The notes beneath the pieces were generated by a model. It did not search any database and was not told the DNA's origin. It saw nothing but the letters and a program-made list of their open reading frames with translations. A stretch of 64,000 nucleotides of DNA, taken from Nemertoderma westbladi. Taxonomy: Eukaryota > Animalia > Xenacoelomorpha. This document shows, in pieces, positions 1 through 10,332 of this stretch. Numbering within the stretch: position 1 is the stretch's first letter; every line of letters begins with the position of its first letter. The position numbers were made by a program, and so were the translations under genes. Where the stretch lies: positions 1 through 64,000 of the forward strand of contig JAUCBJ010007002.1 in assembly GCA_032718475.1 (NCBI GenBank). Direction: 5' to 3'.

Positions 1-1381
1 TTTCTTCAGCCGCTCTCCGTTCTGCTTCTACCACTGCCTCCGCCACTTTTCTTTCCGCTTCGGCCGCTGCCTTTGCCTCTGCCGCTGCCACTTTTGCCTC
101 TGCCGCTGCCTCTGCCGCTGCCGCTTTTGCCTCTGCCGCTGCCTCTGCCGCTGCCGCTTTTCTTTCTGCTTCTGCAGCTGCCACTGCTGCTGCTACTGCC
201 GCTGCCTTTCTGTCTTCTATACGTTTTTTCTTTACTTGTTCTTCTTGGACTCTGGTGATGCGGAGTTGTTCATCAAATTTAGCCTGGTTCGCAGCCCTCA
301 TTTCCACATCGATGGCATCCAACACAAGCTTGGTTCCTTCACTATTAGGGCTAAGTCCCTCTAACCTTCTCCTCAACTCGTCATCACCTAAAAAACGTTG
401 ATAGTCTGACAGATAGATGTCAATGGCATCCCTCTTATGCGGTTTCTCTGCCGTCGCTTCACTTTCCACTTGGGAAAAAGTAGCGTCTGTTGATTCTCCA
501 TGGGTTGAGCGCTCCTCTAGCTGAGCTTTCCACTGAGCTGTTCCTTGAACCTGGAGACTCACCCTTTGAAACCAAGTCTTTACGGCAACTTGCAACGACG
601 TGTCTTGCCTTCGTTTAGAAGCCTCCTCAAAGGCCGATAATATTAGCCTGATTCGTAGAACTCTTTCTCTAACTTGATAAAGCAGCAATCCCTGCTCTTG
701 AGGTCCTTGAGGTTGTTGAAACAGTTGTTCTTTTAATCGCTCTATGGAGCTGAAGAATCCCTGTGCGTATCCGGCTGCGGACCTCTTCCACACAGCTGGA
801 TCGATGGTTTCCTTGGCTACTCCCATCCGGTGTATGTCTTCCCAGGCAGCTTCTGATAAATCAAACGGGAGTCCGGGTCCGGGGAAGTTCCATTGCGACT
901 CGACAATAGACTTCAGTTCTTCACTCGTGTATCCCGCATAACTATCTCTAGTTGAACGCTGGCTTCTCGCCCAATCGATCTGATGTTCTTCCACAGCGAT
1001 CAATAACCTAGTGAGTACGGCTGCAGGAAGGATGAGAAGGGGATCTGAATAAGCCTCATCCATCATCCTTGCTCCGCGTTCGGGTGTCAGTTCTACCGTA
1101 TCTTCACTACTGGAGCTATCGGGCCATTGAGAAGTAAGTTCTTGGCTCGCGGGTTGTTGCTGTTCCGCTGCTTCTTGGTCCCGTTTGACCTGAGCTCGAG
1201 TGCCTATGATAGACCTACGATGTTGGACCAGCCTAGGTTCTTTTATTACTACTGGAGGGATGACTTTCCTCACAGTGGGAGGTGAACTGAACTTACGACT
1301 AGAAGGTTCTACGCCTCTATCTGAGTCGCAGATAGTTACATCTAATATACTGTCTGACAGGTTCTGCTTAGTATCAGACAT
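1..1381 (-). CDS. gag: N-terminal part of family A Gag-Pol (coiled-coil/AEAERK-repeat extension), truncated by the window edge
   Basis: ATG at 1381-1379 (MSDTKQNLSD) matches the A1 start MADTKQNLSD at 10333. It has sense codons where A1 has a stop and a 1-bp deletion. Absent from the ORF track, probably because no stop falls inside the window. Confidence 0.75.
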   Translation of the reverse strand, partial: MSDTKQNLSDSILDVTICDSDRGVEPSSRKFSSPPTVRKVIPPVVIKEPRLVQHRRSIIGTRAQVKRDQEAAEQQQPASQELTSQWPDSSSSEDTVELTPERGARMMDEAYSDPLLILPAAVLTRLLIAVEEHQIDWARSQRSTRDSYAGYTSEELKSIVESQWNFPGPGLPFDLSEAAWEDIHRMGVAKETIDPAVWKRSAAGYAQGFFSSIERLKEQLFQQPQGPQEQGLLLYQVRERVLRIRLILSAFEEASKRRQDTSLQVAVKTWFQRVSLQVQGTAQWKAQLEERSTHGESTDATFSQVESEATAEKPHKRDAIDIYLSDYQRFLGDDELRRRLEGLSPNSEGTKLVLDAIDVEMRAANQAKFDEQLRITRVQEEQVKKKRIEDRKAAAVAAAVAAAEAERKAAAAEAAAEAKAAAAEAAAEAKVAAAEAKAAAEAERKVAEAVVEAERRAAEE

Positions 1382-2859
1382 GTTTATGTATACAGTTGAA
1401 TGTCTACTGCTGTATTACAGTCTGAGCAAGTCTAGTAACTCAGTATTAACTGCTAGCCTAGTAATTAATTACCGGTACTGCTACTCAGTGTAGCGTGATA
1501 TATAATATATTAGAACACCGGTATGCTTATGGTATATATAACTATATAAGTATTATTACAGACTAGGTTTATCACAGAATACCGGTATAATTTTAGCACA
1601 AATATATATAAATATATAATAGGCCTATCGGGAATACCGGTATACAGCTTACAGTTTGTAGTATATATAATTCTAGACTAGAATTAATTACAAGTACCGG
1701 TATAATTTCAGCCTAAATTTATAGAAATAAAGATAATAGGCCTATCGTAAATACCGGTATGCAGTTTACACTTATAGTGTATATATATAAGTATAATTAC
1801 AAACTAGAATTAATTACAGAATACCGGTATGATTTCAACCTAAAATTTATAGAAATAAATATAATAAGCCTATTGTAAATACCGGTATATCAATTATTTT
1901 AAATAACTGAATTTCTGAATTTCAAGGGTTACTTGGTTACCTTACTTACTTTATTACCGTTATTTGAGCAGTAATCCAACTGATATTGAGACCTAATGGT
2001 TGTATGGCAGGCCTACTATTTATAAATCGTTAGATTTGATTTATAATATATATATATACCCGTTTTAATGGGTTTTGTCAATGTTGAAATAAATGTTATT
2101 ATTTCTGGGGGTAATCACTACACAAAGCGGTATGCTTTCAGTGAAGTGTTACGTATAAGACACTAAAACAAATAATTCTAATTTACCTAAGTTACTTAAT
2201 ACTACAAATTACGTACAATTCGGGTTGAGATTACAATCTCTAAATAAACACAAAAATTTACAAAAACACAAAACACGAAATTTTTAGGGTAATTTTACAA
2301 GAAGTCTACAAACCAGCCTAACAAAGGGTTAGAATTCTGGTTATTACAACGGACAGGGTACTACGGTATTTGAAATAATAAGGAGTAGTAAATACACTGC
2401 GTTGTCCAGATAGAAAAATACCACCGCCTGACGACCTATAGCCGTATCGCTATAGGTTCTACGTTATGTATCACGGAGTGTTCCTACCTAGAAGTTAATA
2501 GAGCTAATCGAACGTGCCTATTAACCACTTTACAACACAAATATAATGCCTACACTAATTACCTTCGGAAAGCACTGTACACTAAACCCTAATTAGGTAC
2601 GAGTACTTGTACAACAGATAATCATTAGTTAAATATACTTGAACAGCTAAAAGAACCACGGCATCTGCTGGAGTGACCGATGCACAAAATCACCAGTCTT
2701 TACCTACGCCAAACAGCCCGTGTAGTACCGGGGTTAATTTAACTATAGCGGTATGTATAACAAACACAATTACTGTAGGAACAAACTTGGGGAATGAATG
2801 TTGCGAATAATCGCATAAACTCTGAATAATAAATATTACGCTACGCGTACAAACTACTC

Positions 2860-3420
2860 AAACAAAATGCAGACCGAACACTGACAGACTACTATCAAGC
2901 CTAAACAAACTACGGTATATGCAGACTCCGAAATAATTAGGTAGTATGCGTTCTAACCCAGTAGTACGACTTATTCTTTAATTGGGGGTTTACCTTACAG
3001 CATTCGCTGCCCCTACTTCCTAACCGTTCTTTATCGGACAAGTGATCTACACACGCTGCAATCCGCTCAGGCCTAATAACAGCCAGACAACTATCCAGCC
3101 TACAAATTATCTAAATAAAATTATACGCTACCCGTACAGACTTACACAAACAAAGTACAGACTAAACGATGGCAGACTACTCTCAAGCCTAAATAAACTA
3201 CAGGACATGCAGACTCCGAAATGATTAGGGAGTATGCGTTCTAACCCAGTAGTACGACTTATTCTTTAGTTGGGGGTTTACCTTACAGCATTCGCTGCCC
3301 CTACTTCCTAACCGTACTTAATCGGACAGGTGATCTACACACACTGCAATTCGTTCGGACTTAACAGCAATCAGACAACAGCTCAGCCTACAAATCGTCT
3401 GTACAATCTGATCAGGTTTA
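2860..3420 (-). repeat. ~300-bp tandem duplication in the family A leader (also in A2 at ~28740-29290; single copy in A1)
   Basis: Block 'gcagactccgaaa...atgcgttctaacccagtagtacgacttattcttt' occurs twice. Confidence 0.8.
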
Positions 3421-3566
3421 CACGCCTTCTGTTCAATACTGGCCTACTAACAAATAAAACTGACAGAAATAAGTAAGCTCCAAAAGAAACAAGGGGTGTA
3501 CAGTCCCTAATCTCTTAAACAGCCTACCGGTATACAACAATCAAATCGAATAATACTAATGTACTT

Positions 3567-3720
3567 ATACGGAAGTACCGGTTAGGACAGTTGGGCCTAC
3601 GGACCTACAGAAGTACCGGTTCTGGCAGTTGGACCTACGGGCCTACGGCAGTACCGGTTCTGGCAGTTGGGCCTACTGACCTACAGATGTACCGTTCAGG
3701 TTTACCGGTTGACCGGTACT
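3567..3720 (-). repeat. ~38-bp minisatellite, ~3.5 copies, in the A0 leader just after the primer site
   Basis: Repeated 'agtaccggtt..g.cagttgg.cctac.g.cctac'; fewer copies in A2. Confidence 0.8.
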
Positions 3721-3764
3721 TTCAACTTTATTGCTTACTGCAATAAAGAAGCTATATCCTTTAA

Positions 3765-4980
3765 TGTTCGCGCTTTTAGACCTTTGGCAGTTTAACCCGC
3801 CAAATTAGGATGTCTTCTAGATAATAAATCACCTTTTAGTCTATGACAAGTATTTGATTCACTACACTAGTCGAAACCAATCTGTGCGCGATCATTCACC
3901 CGCTGGATATTCCCGGGAGATTGGGTTCGACGGTTTAATTTTATTGCTATGTAAGCCTAATGTATTATTCGACTGACAGTATTATATAATCTCTGACAAT
4001 ATTATTCACCTTCGGGAATATTAACAGTTCCTTTAGGACGTGGCGCTTTATCTATATAAACAGAGTTATGACTTAAACTACTCATAACGATATGGCTTAA
4101 TTATAATTCACATATATGGCGCATTCTTTAGGAATTGCTTCTTTAACAGACTCACTCATACACAATGCTGCACAATACTGCACACTAATCTGCCAATCTT
4201 CACTGATTTTAGTCACATATAAAAGGAACACAGACTGACTCATGTAGGGTCTATCAAATAACATTAGATTCACTTCAAACCACTTTAACATAAGTCACAA
4301 TCTTTATTGGTAACCTTTCTCTCTTACCTTCGGTATATCAAGAATATTGGGTTTTCGGGGTTATTTCTCGTTATTCCAATATAATAATTCATCAACCAAT
4401 ATAATGAATAACCGACAACAAATAGCAGTATACAGTATCGATTGAGCAGGTAATTTTAGCAGTTTCAGCAGTTATTAAAAGCCGTGTGTCAGCAGTCAGT
4501 GTATTCCCAGATCAGTGATTCCATGAGTTAAAGGATATATGCCCTTATAATTAAACCTACTAGTGTAAGACTAAAAACTGAAAACACGGAGGTGCCAAAA
4601 GCCGGTTCTTAGGCTCTGGGCAAAAACATAACACTGAACTACTGAGTTTCTGTATATACCTCCAACACAGAGACAACAAACGCTCTGATTGGTCAACCTG
4701 AACAACGAGAGAACAAAGAAACAAAGAAACGTCGACGTGGCAATATCAGCTGCTAGCCGTCGTCATGGTAGCGACACTGTTTTCAAAGTATCCAGCTATT
4801 GCGTCACGAGATTGTGGATTATGTCCTCTAAAGTACAAATACAGTACAAATACATAAGAAATGACTTTTATGTCCTCTAAAACACCAGTACAGCAAGGAC
4901 ACGGCCTTTTTATGCCTGGCAAACCAACTACAGAGTACTTTAAGGGAAAATAACCGGCTAATTACGCAAAAGCTTTTACA
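3765..4980 (-). repeat. 5' LTR of A0 (~1216 bp)
   Basis: TG...CA termini. Very similar to the A2 LTRs over the U5 part and diverged in the middle and U3. Confidence 0.9.
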
Positions 4981-5305
4981 GTTCTCGAGTTACAACGTAA
5001 TCAGTATTTTTCAACGAAAAATGCCAAATTTTCACGTTTTTCGACTATAAAATCATCAATAACTTTTTTTCAACACAATATCTCAAAATTTCCCCAACTC
5101 ATTTTTAAGCCTACACGTATAGCTGCTACCTGAAACAAAAAACAGAATTGAAATTGGTTGAGAAATACCAAAGTAGATACAGATTATGTGAAAATAAGTG
5201 ACATTTTGAGAAAAATGGATGTTAAGTAAAAAATTTAAAAAATTTGAATACATCAAGAGCGAGTTTGATTCTGAAGGTAGAAATGGTATCTATACCCGAT
5301 ATGTC

Positions 5306-5518
5306 TGTAAAGTAGCTTGATTTAATACTACCTAGGATATTCATCCGCAGATAAGTATAACACTGATTGCAGTACTGTAGTGTGCATACATTTTGAGTTC
5401 CATATTCAACTACCGGTACTCGACTGTAATACTGAACACAGAATTACAAAGGTTAAATAAAAATATACAAAGATACATTTGGTGACTGTTTTCAGCAGTA
5501 TCAATATAGATACTTACA
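5306..5518 (+). repeat. 5' LTR of Gypsy G
   Basis: Direct repeat of 46688-46898 with ~3 differences. Confidence 0.95.
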
Positions 5519-5519
5519 T

Positions 5520-5533
5520 TGGTGACCCAGACG
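5520..5533 (+). promoter_or_regulatory. tRNA-Trp-like primer binding site of Gypsy G
   Basis: TGGTGACCCAGACG starts 1 nt after the LTR end. Confidence 0.75.
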
Positions 5534-5572
5534 ACTGAACTGAACCTTATCTACAAACCGTATATCTGCAGG

Positions 5573-5747
5573 ATGCCGTTGTATACCGATTGCAAAAAAG
5601 CTGCATTGTCTGACATTTTAAAAGCCCTAAATAGCCATGATCCAGATTTTGTCCTTCCAAAAACGAAGGCTGAAATAATAGTTTATCTGGATAAGGAAAA
5701 TCCATCCGCAGTGAAACTATTGCTCGAAAATTATCAAGCAAGAGTGA
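5573..5747 (+). pseudogene. gag: 5' end of Gypsy G gag, interrupted by A1
   Basis: Removing A1 and one TSD joins ...ENYQARV to MQTDASN in frame. Confidence 0.8.
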
Positions 5748-6894
5748 TGTAAAAGCTTTTGCGGCTATAACTAGTCATTTTTCCCGCAAAGTACTCTGTA
5801 GTTGTTTTAGAGGACATAAAAAGCCATTTTTCTGTATGTGTCCTTTGGCGGACATAACAAGCCATTTTAAGCCGCAATGCGTCAAAATACTCTTAATACA
5901 GTGTAGTTCCAATGACGAAATCTGTCAGCTGATTTGCTGACGTGGAACTTTCCCTTGTGCTCTGGGTTCTTTGTTCGGCTCAGCTAGGCTCAGCCAATCA
6001 GAGCGATTTTTATTTTTCTTGGAAAAGAGCTATGTAAGCCGGGCAAGTCTGTGTATGTGGCAGTAGTTGTGTTTACCTTTCCTGAGCCCAGAACATCGGC
6101 TTTGGAATTATCCTTAGTTTCAGACTTTAGCCAAACATTCGACGGCTTTGATTATAGAAGCGTATAACTGTTATCAAACCACACAGCAGACCCACCGCAT
6201 TATTTTACTGCTATTTACTGTCGGTTATTAATCATTATATGTGTTGATGGATATGTTGTTATATTTGGAGAATATCGATGAATAATCATAAAACCCCAAT
6301 CTTCTTGATATACTGAAGGTTAGAGAGACCGGTTACCTGTAGCAACTGCAACTTACATTACAATGGTTTTGGAGTGAATTAAATGCTATTTCACAGTCCC
6401 TACAGGTGTCAGTTGTTATTCTCTTTATATATGATCAAATTCAGTGACGGTCAGCAGGTCAGTGTGCAGTATTGTGCGGTGGTGTGCATGAGTGTGACAG
6501 ATAACAAAGCATCTCCTAAAGAATGCGCTTTATATGACAATCATTAGCCATCCCGTTGTGTTTAGTGTAAGCCATAACTCTGTTTATATACTTAGAGCGC
6601 CACGTCCTAAAGGAACTGTTAATATTTCCCGAAAGTAAATAATATTTGTCAGAGATTATATTAATGACCAATCGAATAGTACAGTAGGCCTACACCGCAA
6701 TAAGGTCAGAGCCTCTGAATCCAGTCTCCCTTAACAGTGGGTGAATGGTCGCGCATAGGCTGGTTTCAGCTAGTGTAACTTTATATCGTACATGTAACAA
6801 ATACTTGTTATATGCTAAAGTCGATTTATAAACTAAGACTAGAAGACACCTAAAATTAGCGGGTTAAACTGCTAAGAGTCTAAAAGTGCGAACA
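5748..6894 (+). repeat. 5' LTR of A1 (1147 bp); CCAAT box at 5994-5998; candidate self-primer at 6163-6174
   Basis: Direct repeat of 41060-42213 (~7 substitutions and one 7-bp indel by eye). Confidence 0.95.
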
Positions 6895-8263
6895 AGTGAT
6901 GCAAACCGATGCCAGTAACTCTACCGGTACCGGTACAATGCCGGTACCCCAAAAGTTCAGACTACCCGAATTTTATGCAAAAGATGCTAGAATCTGGTTT
7001 CATGCTTCTAAAAAGTCCAATCTTCTAGCCGCTCTGCCGACGGAAACTATTTTAGATGCTGGCGTTAACGTGCTAGATTCGTTTGAGACAATTAAGCAAA
7101 ATATAATATCTCATCTTGCTGATAGTGATGACCGCCGACTGCGTCAGTTGCTTGCGGCCCAGGAGTTGGGTGATAGAAAACCATCTGCAGCACTCCGACA
7201 GATGACTCGACTGGCACCGGGTAACGAACAAATTGTGCGATTACGTTTTTTGGAAATTCTACCCCAAACTGTGGGAATAGTTCTCAGTTCGCTCGATAAA
7301 CTCTCGTTGGACGATCTTGCAGAAGTGGCTGACAAGATGGTAGAACAGCAGCAGTTTCAAAACACTGCGAGTTTCTCAACATCATCCTCTACTAACTCAA
7401 ACCCAATTTCTCGAGTTTCTGATTCGACGATTCCAGATTCGCAGCGTCTACTGTGGCAATCTCAACAGGCGCTGACAGAACAGGTCGCACAAATTGCTAG
7501 CCAACTTTGCGATTTGACAAATCAAAGTCGTAGTAGATCGCGTTTGCGTTCGCGTCCGGGATATAGGAGCCGGAGTTATTCTCAACATCGGGGGTCGGAC
7601 TTGCGGACAAGTCGGTCGAGAGAGAGAAACCCGCAACCCCGACAATACGATACGAGAGGACCGTGGTGTGAGCAACATTTCCTTCATCGTTCGGAAGCCC
7701 CAAGTTGCATACCACCATGCTCATTCCGCCAGTCCTCATCGCGACGACATCCGATCAGAGGCGATAATAATGGAGATTCGGGATCGGTTAACGCAGTCCA
7801 CATTTCGGCGTCGCCTGTAGGTCAGTTCCTAGTAGATTCTGGTAGTGACTTCTCCATACTTCCCCAGATGTATGGAAAATATTTAAGCGATAAGTGGCCC
7901 TCAATGAATATAAATTTAACAGCCGCAAATTTGTCTAAAATCCCAACTTTTGGGGAAGGTTTATTGCGTTTTGAGTTGCCATGTTTAGGCAATAAAGAGT
8001 TCTCTTGGCGGCTTATTTTAGCAGAAGTTAGCCAACCTATTTTGGGTCTTGATTTTCTGCAAGCCCATAATATTAGTATCGATTGTAGATCCAAACAAAT
8101 TTATGTGCAAGTAACTTCAGATAATGGTTTACAAAGTGGTAGTATCAATTCTATATCCAATTCTCAATGTTCAGCAGACAATTTCTGGTTTGAAACTGTC
8201 TTTAAATTAGGCAGCAAAACATTGGTTTTGTGTTTATTGACAGTATTATCCATATTGTTGAAT
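6895..8263 (+). repeat. gag: Ectopic duplicate of Gypsy G gag-protease (copy of ~42214-43592), open reading frame 6896-8275
   Basis: Near-identical sequence. Encodes LPEFYAKDARIWF, DRKPS, the CHCC motif and the FLVDSGS protease. Followed by filler DNA and a 124-bp repeat of the LTR end (8306-8429). Confidence 0.92.
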
Positions 8264-8429
8264 CGTATTTGTTGAATAGTGTAACTTTATTGTTGAATTG
8301 TTGAATAGTGTAACTTTATATCGTACATGTAACAAATACTTGTTATAAGCTAAAGTCGATTTATAAACTAAGACTAGAAGACACCTAAAATTAGCGGGTT
8401 AAACTGCTAAGAGTCTAAAAGCGCGAACA

Positions 8430-8441
8430 ATAACAGTTATA
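8430..8441 (+). promoter_or_regulatory. Non-tRNA primer binding site of A1 (ATAACAGTTATA), complementary to LTR 6163-6174
   Basis: Directly after LTR end GAACA; no TGG; perfect 12-nt reverse complement within its own LTR. Confidence 0.75.
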
Positions 8442-9944
8442 TCTTTTCTTTATTGCAACGTAGGCAGTAAAGTCGAAAAGTACCGGTCGACCGGTAACCA
8501 GTAGGCCTAACTACCTAACCACCCGAACCGGTACTTACAGCAGTACAGGTACATCAGTATTATTCGATTTTGATAATTATATACCGGTAGGTCTTGATAT
8601 TAATCAGGGATGCCTGGTTTTTATTGGGATTTTACTTATTTCTGTCAGTTTTATTTATCTGTAAGTGTAATATTGAGCAGAGGTCGTGTAAGCCTGCTCA
8701 GATTGTATAGATAATTGTAGGCTGGACTGTTGTCTGACTGTTGTTGGGTCTGGAGAGATTGCGGCGTGTGTGGAGTTTGTCCGATAAAGTGCCAGTTAGT
8801 AAGTTGGGGCAGCCAGAGCTGTAAGGTAAATCCCCCCCGAAAGAATAAGTCGTACTACTCGGTTAGAACGCATACTAACTAACCATTTCGGAGTCTGCAT
8901 ATACTGTAGTTTATTTAGGCTTGACAGTAGTCTGCCATCGTTTGGTCTGTATTTTGTTTGTGTAGTCTGTACGGGTAGCGTAATATTTATTATTCAGAGT
9001 TTATGCAAGTATTCGCAACCTTCAAACTCCCCAAGTTTATTCCTACAGTAATTGTGCTTGTTATACATACCGTTATAGTTAAATTAACCCCGGTACTACA
9101 TCAGGGCTGCTCGGCGTAGGTAAAGACCGGCGATTTTATGCGCTAGTCACTCCAGCAGATGCCGTGGTTCTTTTAGCTGTTCAAGTATATTTAACTGCTG
9201 GTTATTTGTTATACAAGTACTTGTACCTAATCTAGGGTTTAGTTTACAATACTTTCCGAGAGTAATTAGTTTGTGGGCAGTATATTTGTGTTGTAAAGTG
9301 GTTAATAGGCACGTTAGCTCTGGTAGGCTGCGGTAATTAACTTCTAGGTAGGGACACTCCGGGTACATAACGTATTACTTTTAGTGCTGTAAAGCAAAAG
9401 GCTATAAGTCGTCAGACGGTGGTATTTTCTTATCTGGACAACACAGTGTATTTACTACTGCTTAATTATTTTCAAATACCGTAGTATCCTGTCCGTTAGT
9501 AATAACCAGAAATTCTAACTCCCTGTTAGACTGGTTTGTAGATTCCCTGTAAAATTACCCTAAAATTTGTACGTGTAATTTGTTATTGTTTATTTAGAGA
9601 TTGTAATCTCACCCAATAATTGGAAGTAATTAGTAGTGATAAGTAACTTAGTAAAGTACAATTATTTGTTTTAGTGTCCAACAGGTAGCACTCCACTGAG
9701 AGCGTTTAGCTTCTGTGTAGTGAACCCTTAACCAGAAACAATAACATTTGTTTCAAATATTGGCAAATCCCATTGTACGGGTATATATATTATAAATCAA
9801 CTCAAACCGATTTTTTAAATAGTAGGCCTGTCATCCATCAATTAGGTCTTAATATCAGTTGGACTACTGCTTAAATAACGGTAATAAAGTAACGTAAAGT
9901 AACCAAGTAACCCTAAAATTCAGAAATTCAATTATTCTAAAATA

Positions 9945-10245
9945 ATTGATATACCGGTATTTACGATAGGCTTATTATATTTATTTCTATAAACTTATGC
10001 TGAAATCATATACCGGTATTCTGTAATTAATTTAGTCTATAATCATACTTATATATACTATAAGTGTAAACTGTATACCGGTATTCACGGTAGGCTTATT
10101 ATATATTAATATATTTACGCTGAATTATATACCGGTATTTTTGTGACAAACCCTAGTCTGTAATAATACTTATACTATAAGTGTATACCGGTATTTTAAT
10201 ATATTGTATATATATCACGTTACACTGAGTAACGATATCGGTAAT
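9945..10245 (+). repeat. Degenerate ~60-65-bp AT-rich minisatellite with a TACCGGTA core, upstream of gag (homologues at 1470-1890 and 27450-27750)
   Basis: Recurring ataccggtat units. Confidence 0.7.
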
Positions 10246-10332
10246 TAATTACTAGGCTTTTAGTTGATACTGAATTACTGGACTTGCTTTAACTGTAGTT
10301 CTAGCAGTAGGCATTCAACTGTACAAACAAAC

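Larger units (their letters stand above)
1..4980 (-). mobile_element. BEL/Pao LTR retrotransposon family A, copy A0 (5' LTR, long leader and start of gag; continues beyond the window start)
   Basis: LTR at 3765-4980 has the family termini (sense TGTAAAAGCTTT...GCGCGAACA). Leader and gag are homologous to 8430-11700 (A1) and 27360-29572 (A2). Confidence 0.9.

Noticed and set aside
73-258. Pro/Leu-rich ORF (and similar ones at 11458-11843)
   Set aside because: Antisense shadow of the Ala/Glu/Lys repeat in family A gag.
3567-3720. CRISPR-like array (also considered 52128-52380)
   Set aside because: Tandem units without unique spacers, no cas genes, eukaryotic TE context.
4097-4291. 64-aa ORF repeated in family A LTRs (also 19603-19797, 29905-30099)
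   Set aside because: Lies within near-identical LTR DNA and is not listed as an ORF in the A1 LTRs.
5748-6899. Independent solo LTR with its own TSD
   Set aside because: AGTGA flanks both sides, but the downstream 1.37 kb duplicates the 3' flank and rejoins the LTR end, so a repair-derived duplication explains it better.
8430-8450. Copia-type half-tRNA-iMet PBS for family A
   Set aside because: Only a superficial likeness to GGTTATGGG; the sequence varies between copies and tracks the LTR 12-mer instead.
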